From contig OZ024747.1 of the NCBI GenBank assembly GCA_964016885.1, forward strand, positions 79,484,001 through 79,548,000: a stretch of DNA of 64,000 nucleotides. The letters run 5' to 3'. This document shows positions 28,326 through 41,054 of this stretch, in pieces (the first letter of the stretch is position 1; each line of letters starts with the position of its first letter). Under the pieces are notes generated by a model that was given only the letters and a program-made list of their open reading frames with translations, searched no databases and was not told the origin of the DNA. Source of the stretch: Eledone cirrhosa (Eukaryota). A program made the position numbers and the translations under genes.

Positions 28326-28406
28326 ATATAGGTGGATGGATGGAGACAGTCAGACACGGATAAACAGACAGATAGACAGATAGACAGGCAGACAGACATA
28401 CAGATA
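26965..28406 (+). repeat. (GACAGATG/GACAGATA)n satellite (GATA/GACA family, opposite strand to 21.9-25.6 kb); continues at 34117-34500
   Basis: ~1.4 kb of 8-nt periodic units directly visible. Confidence 0.97.
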
Positions 28407-28623
28407 TATTTCTTTATTTACCATAAAGGCATAAAAAGAAGGGACAAATACAAAGGGGGAGTTTACATATAATCGAGTAAAAAGGGTATAAAATGAAAAT
28501 AATCGAAAACAACCTCAAAAGGGAGGGGACGTGATGGGGGTTGCACACACCCCCGAAAAAGTGTGCAATCCTTTGCCCGGGGAGCACATGGAGAAGGTGC
28601 TCCCCTCTCCTTCACTTCTTTAC

Positions 28624-31600
28624 CTACAGGATGGTATACAGAGAAGACCCATTTACACGAGCCATTCTCGCCACTATCACCCACCTTTCATAAAACTGCC
28701 TGTGGCCAAGCACCTCTCTCCCCATTCTTATCCTTCTTCCGAAGTGATATCGGAAGAAGTAGACCAGACTATGGCCAGAGAAGAAGTTGCCTGACCTCAG
28801 ACCTTTCAATCGTGTCCACCAAACAACCTCTTTCAACATGGCTATTACGCACAGAAAAACCGCCTTTGCTTCGTTTGTGAAGAGGGGAGGCGGTTTGATT
28901 GTCATCACGGACTCGGCGGTCAATCGAATCGGCGCCACCCGCGACAGCAGTCGTTCGGCGTAGCCCCACAGATCAGCCACGCCAGGACATTGCACCAATG
29001 CGTGCGCAACGGTTTCTTCGTGACGCACGCATCTAGGGCAAATCTTTTTCGAGGGATCCCTGCCCGGGCGCCCGTGTCTGTAGAGCCTCTCTCGAACGGG
29101 TAGAGCCCCCCGGTAGCACTGCCAGGCTAGTGACTTCTGGAAGTTGTCCATTGGTCCCGGGCCGAAAGTCCTACCGAACAGGCTGGCCAGTTCGTCCTCT
29201 TCCATGTCCAGCGACTCTCCAAGGGTGTCATCGCCCCTGCTAGCCACCAGCCCTCTATAGAATGATGAGGTGGATTCTCCACTTGCCAGAGAGCCCTGAG
29301 CGCCTGAGCACACTCAGTGTGCCAGTCTCCCAGTTTTCCGGATCTTTGCTTGACCCAGGACTGCAGCTCGGTGAGCGAGACGAGTCTCGGAAAGGCTCGT
29401 TTCACGAACGGAGCCCACACCGGTTGACCAGTGAGGAATACCTGTAGGTGCCGTAGCCTTAATGCGTGCCTACGCATCGTCAACCACGGCATCCCCAGCC
29501 CTCCTTTCGAAGGTTGTTGGCAGCAGATGGATCTTCTCACCATAGGAGGGCGCTTCTTCCAAAGAAATTGGAAGAGCATGCGTTCCATGGTGGTGAGTGT
29601 TTCCTTAGGGCAAGGCACGACAGTTAGGCGGTAGTAAGTGACGGACGCTATGTAAATGTTCGCCACCTCCACCCGACCTTTTAGGGACAGCTTACACTTG
29701 GCCCATTTCTGGGTTAGTGCAAACACCTTGTTCGTAACCTCGTCCCAGTTCTTTTTCACCTGGAGGTCCGGTCCAAACCAGACCCCAAGCAACTTTACCG
29801 GGCCCTCCGTCCAGTGTCCGACGACACCGTCGGGAGGCATCGGTCTGCCTCTCCACGTTCCGAGTTGCAGCCCGATGGATTTTTCCCGGTTCAGTTTCGC
29901 TCCTGACAACCTTTCGTAATCCTCCAGTAAGGTACCGATCGCCTCGATCTCCGAGTCGGTCGATACCATTACTGTTACGTCATCGGCGTAGGCCGACACC
30001 GCTTTGCTCAATCCTGGTTCCAGGGGGATACCCTGCAACAACTCCAACTTCCTCAGTAAAGGCTCGAGAGTCAATACGTACAGAAGGGAGGAGAGAGGGC
30101 ACCCCTGTCGAATGGATCGTGTGATTTCGAACGGCTTCGAAAGGTAGCCGTTCACCTTGATCCTAGAACAGATGTGGTTGCTATGTAAGGCAGTGATCCA
30201 GCCTCTGAAAACAGGACCGAACCCAGCCGCCGCTAGCACCGCATCCAGGTAACCATGGTCGACCCTATCGAAGGCCTTAGACTGATCCAAGTTGATCAGG
30301 GCCCCACCGAAGCCGGGTTTGTTGCCAACCCTCTCTATGATGTATCGCATGAGGTGGAGGTTATCGTGAATGGACCTGGATGGGATAGCACATGTCTGCG
30401 CATCTCCCACCAGGCTACCCACGACAAGCGCCAACCTCTTTGCTAACACCTTGGCCAAAATCTTTAACTCTGTGTTTAGCAGGGTTATGGGCCGAAAATT
30501 ATTTATACTATCCCCCTTGTTCTCGTCCTTCCTCACCAGCGAGACTACGCCCTTGGCTACAGAACAAGGAATTCTCCCGTTCTGCTGCCAATTGCAGTAG
30601 ACCGCTTCGAGGAGTTCGGAGGAGAAGACCGGCATTGCTAAATAAAGTTCGTAAGGTATACCATCGAGACCTGGAGATTTGCGTCTGCTGCATTGGCTCA
30701 GCGCATCCCCGATCTCATCAGCCGAGATTGGTCCCTCGCAGGACTCTGCCTCTTCGCTCGAGAGACGCGGCAGGCCGTCGAGGTATGGACCGAAATCCAC
30801 GTCCCCGCCCGGACCCTCGCCTCCCCCGAATAATCGGGCAAAGTGCCTTTGAAAGGCCTCGCACATCTGCTTAGGCTCCCGGATCACCCGTCCATCCTCG
30901 TCTTGCAACTACCGGATGGTGGATCGATTTCCACTCTTAGCTTCTGTCACGCGGGCCCAGCCAACGGCTTTGGCCCCCTCATTACCTAGAGCACGTATTT
31001 TACTTCGAATGACGCAGCCTTCGTGCTTTGCATCGAAAAACTGGTTCAAGGCCGTCCTCGATGCCAGCACTCTGGCCACATCTTCGCTCTTGATTGCCTC
31101 TTCTAATTTACCTGTTAATTCTTTCTCGTTTATATTCCTATCGGCAGCTAACATCTTGCTATAACTTATTGATTCTGTTCTAATCTCTCTTTTGAGAGAT
31201 GCCCACCATCGGTTGTTGACGATTGCACCCGTCAACCTCTCCTTAACTAATCTGCTAATCCGGTTTCTGTAAGTCTCTTTTGCCGGTAAAGACAAATTAA
31301 GTTTCCAGTAACCGGGACCCTGTTTATGTGTTTTCTCGAGATTGACTACGCAGGTCACTAATTTGTGATCCGTATAGCCAACCGTGAGCATTTCTGGACA
31401 GCTTAATATGTCCCTATCCTTACTTCTAACTAAGAATCTATCTAAGTACGATCTAGATTGACCACTGTGGTTCGTCCAAGTCCAGGTAGGCACAGTTGGA
31501 AAATCTAGTCGATATCTATCGACCAAGTTAAAACGGTCGAGTAATCCCTTGAGGCTGTTACACCCCCTCTATTAGGACATGCTCCTGCATAGTCCCAACG

Positions 31601-32042
31601 TGCATCTAGGATGTCATTCCAATCCCCCGCTATAAGCAGGGAACGCGACGTTCCCAGAAAAGTCTCCAAACGCTGGAAGAAGTCGGGCCGTTCAGCTCCG
31701 AAAGGGGAGTAGACGGCGACCAGTCTCAAGGCCGCACCTTCACTACTGCCAACGTCTAGCACCAACAAACGACCCTCCGGGTCCGAGTGAACAACCTGTA
31801 CGGCAAGACCCAGGTGTTTTTGCAGCAGTACGACAACCCCACCCCCACCTCCAGGTTGACAGAGATGCATGCACCTCAAAGTCATCGAAGGTAGGGGCCA
31901 GCTGCCGCACGACGCTGATCCGAGTCTCACAGATAACCATTACATTTATACCACATGACCTGAGGTCATTTAGAAGCTTTGCTTGCTTCCAAGTTGAGCC
32001 CAGGCCACGTGCATTCAAACATCCTACTCTTAACACATCCAT
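28624..32042 (-). pseudogene. ORF2 (AP endonuclease + reverse transcriptase + C-terminal CCHC), about 3 frameshifts and 1 in-frame TAG
   Basis: APE motifs LNARGL, ICETR, GDWN, SYLDRFL, TDHK. RT motifs FRPITLLNTELKILAK, LDQSKAFDRVDH, RQGCPLS, AYADDV. Zinc finger CPRCVRHEETVAHALVQC. Stop at 30909-30911 is in frame with the 593-aa ORF. Confidence 0.93.
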
Positions 32043-33880
32043 GTGGGCGGCAAAGCCAAAGGAGAGTGTAGAGACCTACCTTTCTGCTTCCCGGGGTTCG
32101 AGTCGCACGACTTCCATGGGGTCGGGGTGTTGGGTGAAGGGGTGTCTTGTGGTGGTGTGGGGTCGTCAGTGTGTGGTGGGGTTGGGGTGTTTGGAGTTGT
32201 GTTGGGGAGGGTAAGGGGAGGGGGAAAGCTTTTTAGTAGGACGCGGTTTATGGGTTTGACAGAGGGTGGTCCTACGTCCTCCTTAAAATCCTTTTTTAGT
32301 TTTTGGTAGAGGTTCATTGGGATCTTTATTAATTTTAAATGTGGGTAGTTTTCTGAAGAAACAAAGTTTACACCTTCGGTTTGTACCGAAGGATTATTGT
32401 TTGAGTTCATTTAATTTATTATTGTTTCTGTTGATGTAAGTATAGTGTAATGTCTTTTTTTCGGATGGTGTGAGTGTTTCGAAGAGGGGAGGGGCAGGTT
32501 TGGTTTTGTTTGTTGTTGGAGGGGTGTTTTGTGTTTTGTTGGATTGTGTTGACATTTGGGTGGGGGTTGTTTGGCCTTGTGTGTCTTGCACATGTTTTCT
32601 TTTTTTCCTTTTAATCTGTCTGAAGGACTCCGTTTCTTCCTCCGAATTCGTTGGGTTATCTTCAGTGTTGGAGGGAAGAGGTATGTTTGCTGGTAATGTT
32701 TCCGTGTTGGTTTTCTTTGTGGGGGAGATGGATGTCACTATGTTAGACTGTGTTGTGTGTTGTGGCTGCGGTGGTTGTGTTGTTTTATTGAGTGAGGGGT
32801 TGGGTGGGCCTGTATTTTGTTTTGGGGTAATGTGTTGTTACTGTTTGTGTTGTGGTGGTGGTGTAGTTTTACTGAGGGACGGGTTGGGTGGGACTGAGTT
32901 TTGTTGTTTGTTTATCTGTTGTGGTGGTGGAGCTGGTGTTGGTAGCAGGGTTTTCTTTTTGTTGAGTTGGGGACAAGCCGCCTTCAGGTGCCCTCTGCCT
33001 GCACAGATATGACAGGACGGCCTTCTCCCCTCCACGCTAATGTTTATATACCCGTGGCCCTCTAATAGGATTCTGTCGGGTATTTGGGCGATGCGTTCAG
33101 GCTTCATTTGCACTACAAGTTCTATACCTGTTCCACTGAACGCATTGCCTGTGGTTTTCCCAATGGAAATCACGTTGTCATTCGCTGGATCGATGAAGCC
33201 AGCTATGAGCCAGCAGTAGTCCACATCTGGCATCATTGCATCCAGCCATATGCGTTGAGTTCTTTTACCCATATAAGATGGATAAAAGGTAAAATTTTTT
33301 GAACGAATCGGTGACAAAGCACATTGTTTTGATTTCTGTTTGAGTTGGCTGTTCAGGTTTTTTAGAAATGTTGTTGATGGTGCGGAAAACGACCGTTCGA
33401 CTTTCAATGTCTTTGGTGAGTTCTTGAGGCATTTTTACCGATAAAATACCATTTTCTCCTTCAGTTATGTATTGTTTGGCGTCTGAAATTCTTTGTGCCA
33501 CATCTGAAATATTTTCAGGTATATATGTCAAAGATTTCTTTGTTGTTTGTGCAAATGAAATATTATTGGTGTTGACTTTGTCGTCTGCTTTGCTTTCTGT
33601 TATGATGTTGTTTTCAAATGTTATTTTTGTTTGTCGTGTCTTTGTTTGTGGTATTAATATTGTCATGCAACTTTTCAAATTTTTTTTTTTCGTTGTTGGA
33701 ATCAATGTTCAGATTTGTGTTTTCGTCATTTTTCTCCGCAGATTCGTCTGTTTTTATTTTATTTTTTCTTTCCTTCTCTATGACGTTAGTTGGGAAGGAA
33801 GGGGGGGGGACTAAAGCGTGTGAGCTTACAACTCTTACCGCTGTCCCCCCACCACTATTTTCGTTAGCTTCGTTTAACAT
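32030..33880 (-). pseudogene. ORF1 (gag-like, zinc knuckle) of the Tx1-like element, split by frameshifts
   Basis: Consecutive ORF pieces 33880-33614, 33705-33265, 33407-32838, 32738-32394 and 32410-32030. Contains the C-x2-C-x4-H-x4-C knuckle CHICAGRGHLKAAC followed by a Pro/Thr/Asn-rich tail. Ends overlapping the ORF2 ATG by 13 nt. Confidence 0.8.
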
Positions 33881-34253
33881 TTCTGTCAGACGATTGAAAT
33901 TTTTTTATGCCACAAAATTTTTAAAAACAGGTTTTTCACCCCTAGGAGGGGTAAAGATGAGCTGACCCACCGCCTGACAGTTCAGACGGGGGGTCAAGCT
34001 ACACAATAGTATCAAAATTAAAATTGAACTTACAAAATTTCCGCAATAAATTTGAACAAAACTTCTGCGCGAAGTGAATTACATCTACGCTGTAGAACAG
34101 ACGACAGCTAGATCTAAGACAGACATACAGATAGACAGACAGAGAGATGGATGGAGACACTCAGACACGGATAAACAGACAGACAGACGGATAGATAGAT
34201 AGACAGACATGCAGACATGCAGACATGCAGACATACAGACATACGGATAGATA

Positions 34254-34357
34254 TGTTTCTTTATTAGCCACAGGGGCACAAAAGAAGGGGACAAATACAA
34301 AGGGGGAAATTTACATACAATAAAAACGTGTAAAATATCACAAATGCAATTTAAAAG
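34254..34357 (-). mobile_element. ~100-bp 3'-end remnant of a third Tx1-like subfamily (C)
   Basis: Reverse complement reads …tgtaaatttccccctttgtatttgtccccttcttttgtgcccctgtggctaataaagaaaca|tatct, matching the A/B 3' terminus. Embedded in GACA repeats. Confidence 0.8.
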
Positions 34358-34376
34358 GATAGACAGACAGACATGC

Positions 34377-34421
<45 letters not shown>

Positions 34422-34430
34422 TGCAGACAT

Positions 34431-34491
<61 letters not shown>

Positions 34492-34830
34492 TAAATGGAG
34501 ACATTTATAGACAGACAATAGATCAACAGAGATTGTCGGATTGAAAGACAGACAGAAAAACATAATGAAAGAAAGAAAGAAAGTGATAGCTATTTAAAGG
34601 AAGAAAGAAACCAACACAAACATTGAATGACGGAACCGCGGAGAGAAAAGAAGGGGGAAAAAGACGAAAAAAGAGAAAAATAGAAGGAAGAGAGAGAAAA
34701 CAGAAGAAAAAGAGAGAAAAATAGAAGGAAAAGAGAGAAGAAAACAGAAGAAAAAGTGATGAAACTGAAATCTTGGGAAAACATAAACAGAATGTTGAAA
34801 GGTGTGAATTATTGTAGTGGAGGTAAAATA

Positions 34831-35557
34831 CAGCCACGCCTCGCTTAATGTCCCCCCCACATCAATCCGATCGTAAAACGAATTGATCGCTAAACAATTT
34901 CCTCGTTTAACGACCATGTTTCGTTCTATCAACGAACTGTTCATAAAATATCTGTAAATATTGCGTTAATGTTCCCCGAGAGGTGACAGAGTTAATAAGC
35001 GGAAGAAAAGTTACAAATAACAGTTTTATATTTAAATACCTGAAGACATTCGTAAAGGCCCAATGGAAACACTATCTTATTAATTGTAAATTAATTAGCA
35101 TTTTATTTTTTGTGGCATAAAAAATTAAAATGTGTGCGTCCCAAGGTAAATGATCAAGTAGAGTCAGACACAATGCTTTGCAGCATAGAATTATGACCTT
35201 TTACGTTCTGAAATCAAATCCCGCCGAGGTTAGCTTTGCCTTTCATCCTTACGCGCTCGATAAAATAAAGTACCTGTAATACATTGGCGTAATTGTTGGC
35301 CTTGTGCCAAAAGTAGAAACAATTATTATTGTGATCATTTGCGTTGGGACGCACATAAATATTTCAAATTTCAAATTTCCCAGGGCTTTGTTTATAAATA
35401 AACTATTTCGGAAGATAAAAGAAATGGTTTAATCGGATTAAGAATCATAGAATAATGTGTAACAAAAAATATTGAGGTATATAAATTAATTCAAAAAATT
35501 ATTGTCGTAAATGTGAGCCGTCGTTAAACGAAAGGACCGTAAAACAAGGAGTAGCTG
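34831..35557. mobile_element. pogo/Tigger-like non-autonomous element with a nested SINE (~35160-35328)
   Basis: ta|cagccacgcctcgcttaatgtcc vs ggaccgtaaaacaaggagtagctg as imperfect TIRs; subterminal cgttaaacga motifs. Confidence 0.5.
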
Positions 35558-37417
35558 TTTATTGGTTTACTAAACTCGATGTGAAATTTTAGGGATGTGA
35601 TTGGCGTGTAGTTTTGTTTACAATAAGATTTACACTCAGCTGCTTAAGTATCTTTCTCCTCTAGTTAACCTCTTTCTCATGTCTACTCACACAATCTTCC
35701 TCTACATCTCACATCTTTTCTTGCTTCTTATTCGCTTTTCTTTCGTTTTTCTCTCCTATATTTTTATATCTCTTATACTTTCCCTCTTACAGGTGCATTT
35801 CCAGGGGATCGGGGGTCGAAGGGGAGTTACACGCCTATAATTTCCTATTTGTCTGTTTACCTATTTACCTATATATCTATCTATCTGTCTATCTGTCTGT
35901 TTATCTATCTACCTACCTATCTAACTATCTGTGTGTGTGTGGGGGGGGGGGGTGACTGTCTGCCTATCTGTCTGTCTATCACTATCACCAACCACTCCAC
36001 TACCATCATCACTATCACCAATGACCCACCACCACGATCACCACCATCACTAACCACACCACCACCATCACCATTACTATTACCAAACACACCACCACCA
36101 CCACTACCATCGCTATTTCCAATCACACTACCACCACCACCACAGTAACTACATATTGAAATAGGCTGTCAGCACCATAGCCTCTTGTGTCTGCTACAAG
36201 TGTTGCACTCAGTTGTCATCTACACAAGTGTACTCTAACCTCACATCACACACACACATACACACACACCCATGTTAAAGTCTTTACTCAGCCGAAGGTT
36301 CATCAGGCAGGTGTTTATATATATATACACACACACGCACTCACGCACATTAACATTTCCCTGTCACTTTCACGCACACATCTCTCTCACAAACATACGG
36401 CTCTGTCCGTCTGTCTCTCTCTCTCTCTCCTCACACATGCGATAGACCTCCGTCGGCTCTGACGAGTGTTTTGGTTGTTCGAACGGAATATCTTACTCGT
36501 GAAATTAGCGTGCAAGTGTCTGAACATTCCATAGACAAGTCTACCCTTAACTCAATTCTTAAGAAGAATCCCCATGAAAGTGTGTGATAACTAACCGTTT
36601 AAATTAGGTACAATTACACATCTAAAATAACGTCAACACTTCCACTGTATAAGACTCATTAAATTTAAACTGATCTATTTACAGTAGTTTGTTGGTTATA
36701 AGCTTAAACATCATCATCAACCCCACCCTCTCATCAAGACGACACCACCACCAGGACCGTCGCTTTGAGCAAAACACTTTATCTCACGCTGCTCCACTAC
36801 ACTCAGCTGAATGTGAGTCCTAGCAGTAACTGGCGAGTTAATCTTGCGATAGACCAACGTCCTCAATCGCTTAACACCAAGGAAACCTGGGGTAAACACC
36901 TGCCTGATGAACCTTCGGCTGAGTAAAGACTTTAACTTAATGAGTAGGACAGGTTGTTACAAAGCAAGTTAGTATTTTATCGTAGCTACTGACCTCTCAC
37001 CGATTGGACAGGGGTCATGTTTAGCCTACATACGTTTCGATTTTGGCATCGTTTCTACAGTTCGATACTCTTCCATCACCCTGGCTCCACCTAATTATCT
37101 CGACTCGACGCGAGGTGGCTGTCTTCCTTTAAACTATAAATCATATATTATGTAACAGTTTCAGGTCGGATGAGTTATCTGCCCATGGTAGTTTGTTATG
37201 ATCAACAAACCAGGAAGTGGTTGTTTCGTTACTGTTTATTCAGGTGCAATATTTCCCACAGGAACAGGAATTCCGTATCAACAAATATCCTGATAACGGA
37301 AGCATGTAGTTGTATATGACATCCAGCTTTACCTGTGTTGATTGTGATCCTGAGAAAACATAATGAGTCCCAACACCTGTATATGGCGTGGGATACTTCA
37401 AGATCTTTAAATAACCT

Positions 37418-37476
<59 letters not shown>

Positions 37477-37591
37477 AACAAATGGTACTCCTCTCAGATA
37501 AATAAAACCCGCCCCTCATGATAAATAATTGTTTCTACTTTTGGCACAAGGCCAGCAATTATCCAGTACATTACTGGTACTTTATTTATAC

Positions 37592-37797
37592 AATAATATA
37601 ATCCGAACTAATTTATTCCAAATTATGGTTAGGTTATAATTTGGGTTTAGTGTTAGGGTTAGGTTTATGTTTAAGATTAGGGGTTAGGGTTATTAGATCA
37701 TTTTCCTCTAGGTAAATGTCTTCACTGACAACGATACAAAAAGAAAACACGAATTAACCCCAACCCGAATTTGAAATAATTAGTTCGGAATATATTA
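37592..37797. mobile_element. Small TIR element with internal TTAGGG-like units
   Basis: aatatatatccgaactaatttattccaaatt vs aatttgaaataattagttcggaatatatt. Confidence 0.5.
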
Positions 37798-39812
37798 GTG
37801 TCATGTTTATGTTAATTTATCAAGGGAGATACTAATGCGCGTGTGTGTGTGTAGTGTGTGTGTCTATGTACACGTTTGTGTCGGTGTTTTGATCCCGTAA
37901 AAGTAATAATAAAATAGATACTGGTGCCGATATGATCCACTAAATCCTTTTCAACAGGTGCCTCAGTATGGCCGCTTTTTAATGACTGAAAACAGTAAAT
38001 TAAGAGTAATCTGCTTCAGTAACCTAACAACTTGTGAAGAATGTGCTACTTTTACTGTGACAGCGAAGATCCATCCTTGTGCCTCATGTCTAGATAAAAT
38101 AGTTGTTTGCTGTAAGTGTGTGTTTGTGTGTGAGAGTTTGTGTCTGTTGACAAAAAAGAGATCCATAAAATTGATACCAGAATTGAAAAAAAATAATAAT
38201 AATAACCAACTGGGGTCTATTATGATTAGTTAAATCCCTTTGAAGTCAGTGCCCCAACATGGCCGTTTCTAGGTTTAATATTGTGTCGGTCTTGGCTGTT
38301 TGACAAAAAAAAAAATCGATAAAATAAGTACCAAAACTGAAAAAATATATATAAAAAAAGTATTGGGATCGATATGAAGGTGGTGCTCCAGTATGGAAAA
38401 CCCAGTATTTGAATAAAAGAATAGGAAGCACTGTAAAAGAAGAGTATCATAGAAGCCACACGCAAGGAATGCGTGGGAACAAGACCTACACACAACATAC
38501 GAGTGTTTTACAACTGCTGTTACGCTGTAGAAACTGTGTGAGCGTTTGACCAGCTAAATATAGCAGCCAAATCGTCCACAAATCACACCTCACTGTTAAA
38601 AAAAATTAAACGGCATTATCTATTGCAATTCTAAGTATATTATGAGGTAAGGTAAGAAGGCACTTAACCGTGATGGAGACGTAGGGACGCCGTCCTGGCA
38701 CACGGCGGAGCCCATCCCTCTCTAAGTCGGAACTCTATCGATTTCTTCCAGAGAAGGAGATACAAGAGGAACTTAAGTCGTACTTTATCGAACTCGAAAG
38801 GATTTGAATACAGGGTGCCGTTAGCCGGTACATATACTGAGGCATTTAAACTCGGCTTTTGATGTTATACCAAAGAAAGAATAATGACGGAATAGTCATA
38901 GCTGGAACGCCTTCTATCAGGATTGACATGAGGCTAAGCGACAACACACACTTATATATGTAATACAGAGGCGAGTGTTCAAACTGAAAAAGTGAAAATA
39001 GATAAAAATATACATGTGCATTTTATTATACTTCGTATTAGTACTGTTTAGTTACTGAAGACTTGGTGTTTGGGTTCTTCTGTGACACATTCCTGGCAAT
39101 AATGTCGGTAAATTTCTCCATATGACCCCCTCTTGATACTACACAAACTTGGAACCGCCTATGGTTCTACGACTTTAAAGTGTTTATATTTATCTAAAAA
39201 TATTCCATCATAATCTTATGTAAGAACCTTTAAGTTTCAAACACCAGGTTAATAACGAGAAAGATATATTACTAAATCCCTCATATTTTTATTATTATTA
39301 TTTTGAAAATTATTTGAAAATCATAGACAGCCAGGGTTTATATATTTATCTAAAAAAAACTTCGATTATAACTTTATATAAGAACTTTCGTTAAGTTCCA
39401 CATACCAGACTGGTTATGAAAAACTTATATAATTAAATCCTTTCAAATTCTTCATTATTTTCACAATCATTTGAAAATCATAATCTGTGTCTTTCATTAG
39501 AAATAGGGTAACAAAAGGATTTAATGTAGTTAAACTTTTAACACTATTAAATACACCGTAAGACATAAAAGGTGAGAGACGTCAATTGTCAATTTGCCGG
39601 TGTTTTCTAAGAAAATACACAGCAGTTTGGTGTAATAATTGTTTCTACTTTTGGCACAAGGCCAGCAAATTACCCAGTGCATTACTGGTACTTTATTTTA
39701 TCGACCCCGTAAGGATGAAAGGCAAAGTTAACAATGATGTTTGTTTGTTTGCCAGAGTGTATGTAAGTGCGTGGAGTTATATATTGAAATACAGTGAAAC
39801 AATACGGTATAC

Positions 39813-39927
<115 letters not shown>

Positions 39928-40680
39928 TGAAAGAGAGAAATTAATAAATAGTTTAACCTATATATCAGGAGAGAAAGATTGACCTATATATATATACACA
40001 CGTACATATACATATATACACACACACGCACATACATATATTGTTTAGACAACGGCCATGCTGGGGCACTACCTTCAAAGAGATTTAGTCCCTCATATCA
40101 ACCTCAGTACATATTTTCACAAGTATCAATCGGTTTTTGTCGAACAACTAAGTTACCGGGATAAACAAACACACACATACATATATATATATATATACAT
40201 ATATATATACATACTTTATTTCACGTTGCTCCTTCTACCCGGAGTTTCGATCGATAGATAGTATAGCAACTGGAAATACCAACGGAAACATTGTTTCCTC
40301 GGTCCGATTTGGCGAAAGTCGATCGTTAAAAACATATAGATATATACAACGGAATTCCGCAGTTTCCGATCACCAAATTCCCATGAAAAGGCATTCGTCA
40401 ACTCGAGACCATACAAGACTTGATCCTTTTTACTTTCTCTCTCAGAAACTGCTACGTTAAAAGGGTCCACCCCACCAATTTCTTCCTCACCACTCTGTGG
40501 AGTCGTTTAGAATGAAAAAGAATTCTCAGTACGGAAACCTTACCGGAAAGCTTTGCAACGGAGTGCACCCGACCAAAAGCAACCGGTTTTAAGCGGGTGA
40601 CAGATTAAAACCATATAGATTGATAAACAGATAGGTAAATAAACAAACATATAGACTGGCAGACGTTATGTGTGTGTATG

Positions 40681-40740
<60 letters not shown>

Positions 40741-40743
<3 letters not shown>

Positions 40744-41054
40744 TGTACCCGCGGCAGTCGTGGTCCCAGTTATTCGCGGAATTTTCCTAAGAACCTAACT
40801 AATAATTCTTCATGAAAACCACCTGATATTCTCGGAATCGTAAATATCTTCCGCGATTTTTTATGGCTTTTTTCGTGGCAATATATATATTTTTAACGGT
40901 AAATTACTAACAACAATATATGGTATTTGCCGACCTATTGGACACCCATTCGCATAAGACGTTATATTTTGACGTTTATAGGTATTTTTATGGACCACGT
41001 CTAATATTCGCGGGTCCTCTAGGAACGTAACTCCTGCGAATATCGGGGAACTAC

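Larger units (their letters stand above)
28407..34116 (-). mobile_element. Full-length Tx1/L1-clade non-LTR retrotransposon (subfamily A), ~5.7 kb, inserted in GACA/GATA satellite
   Basis: Order is 5'UTR, ORF1 (CCHC), ORF2 (APE-RT-CCHC), 3'UTR ending AATAAAGAAATA. Flanked by an exact 17-bp direct repeat agacagacatacagata at 28390-28406 and 34117-34133. Confidence 0.93.

Noticed and set aside
26942-28399. 485/408/344-aa ORFs (SICPSVHL repeats)
   Set aside because: Translations of the GACAGATG satellite; no coding signal.
37195-37330. Cluster of ETS/GATA-like motifs as an enhancer
   Set aside because: Short motifs expected by chance; cannot be supported from sequence alone.
37630-37692. Telomere-like TTAGGG units
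   Set aside because: Few and degenerate, enclosed by TIR-like ends; not an interstitial telomere array.
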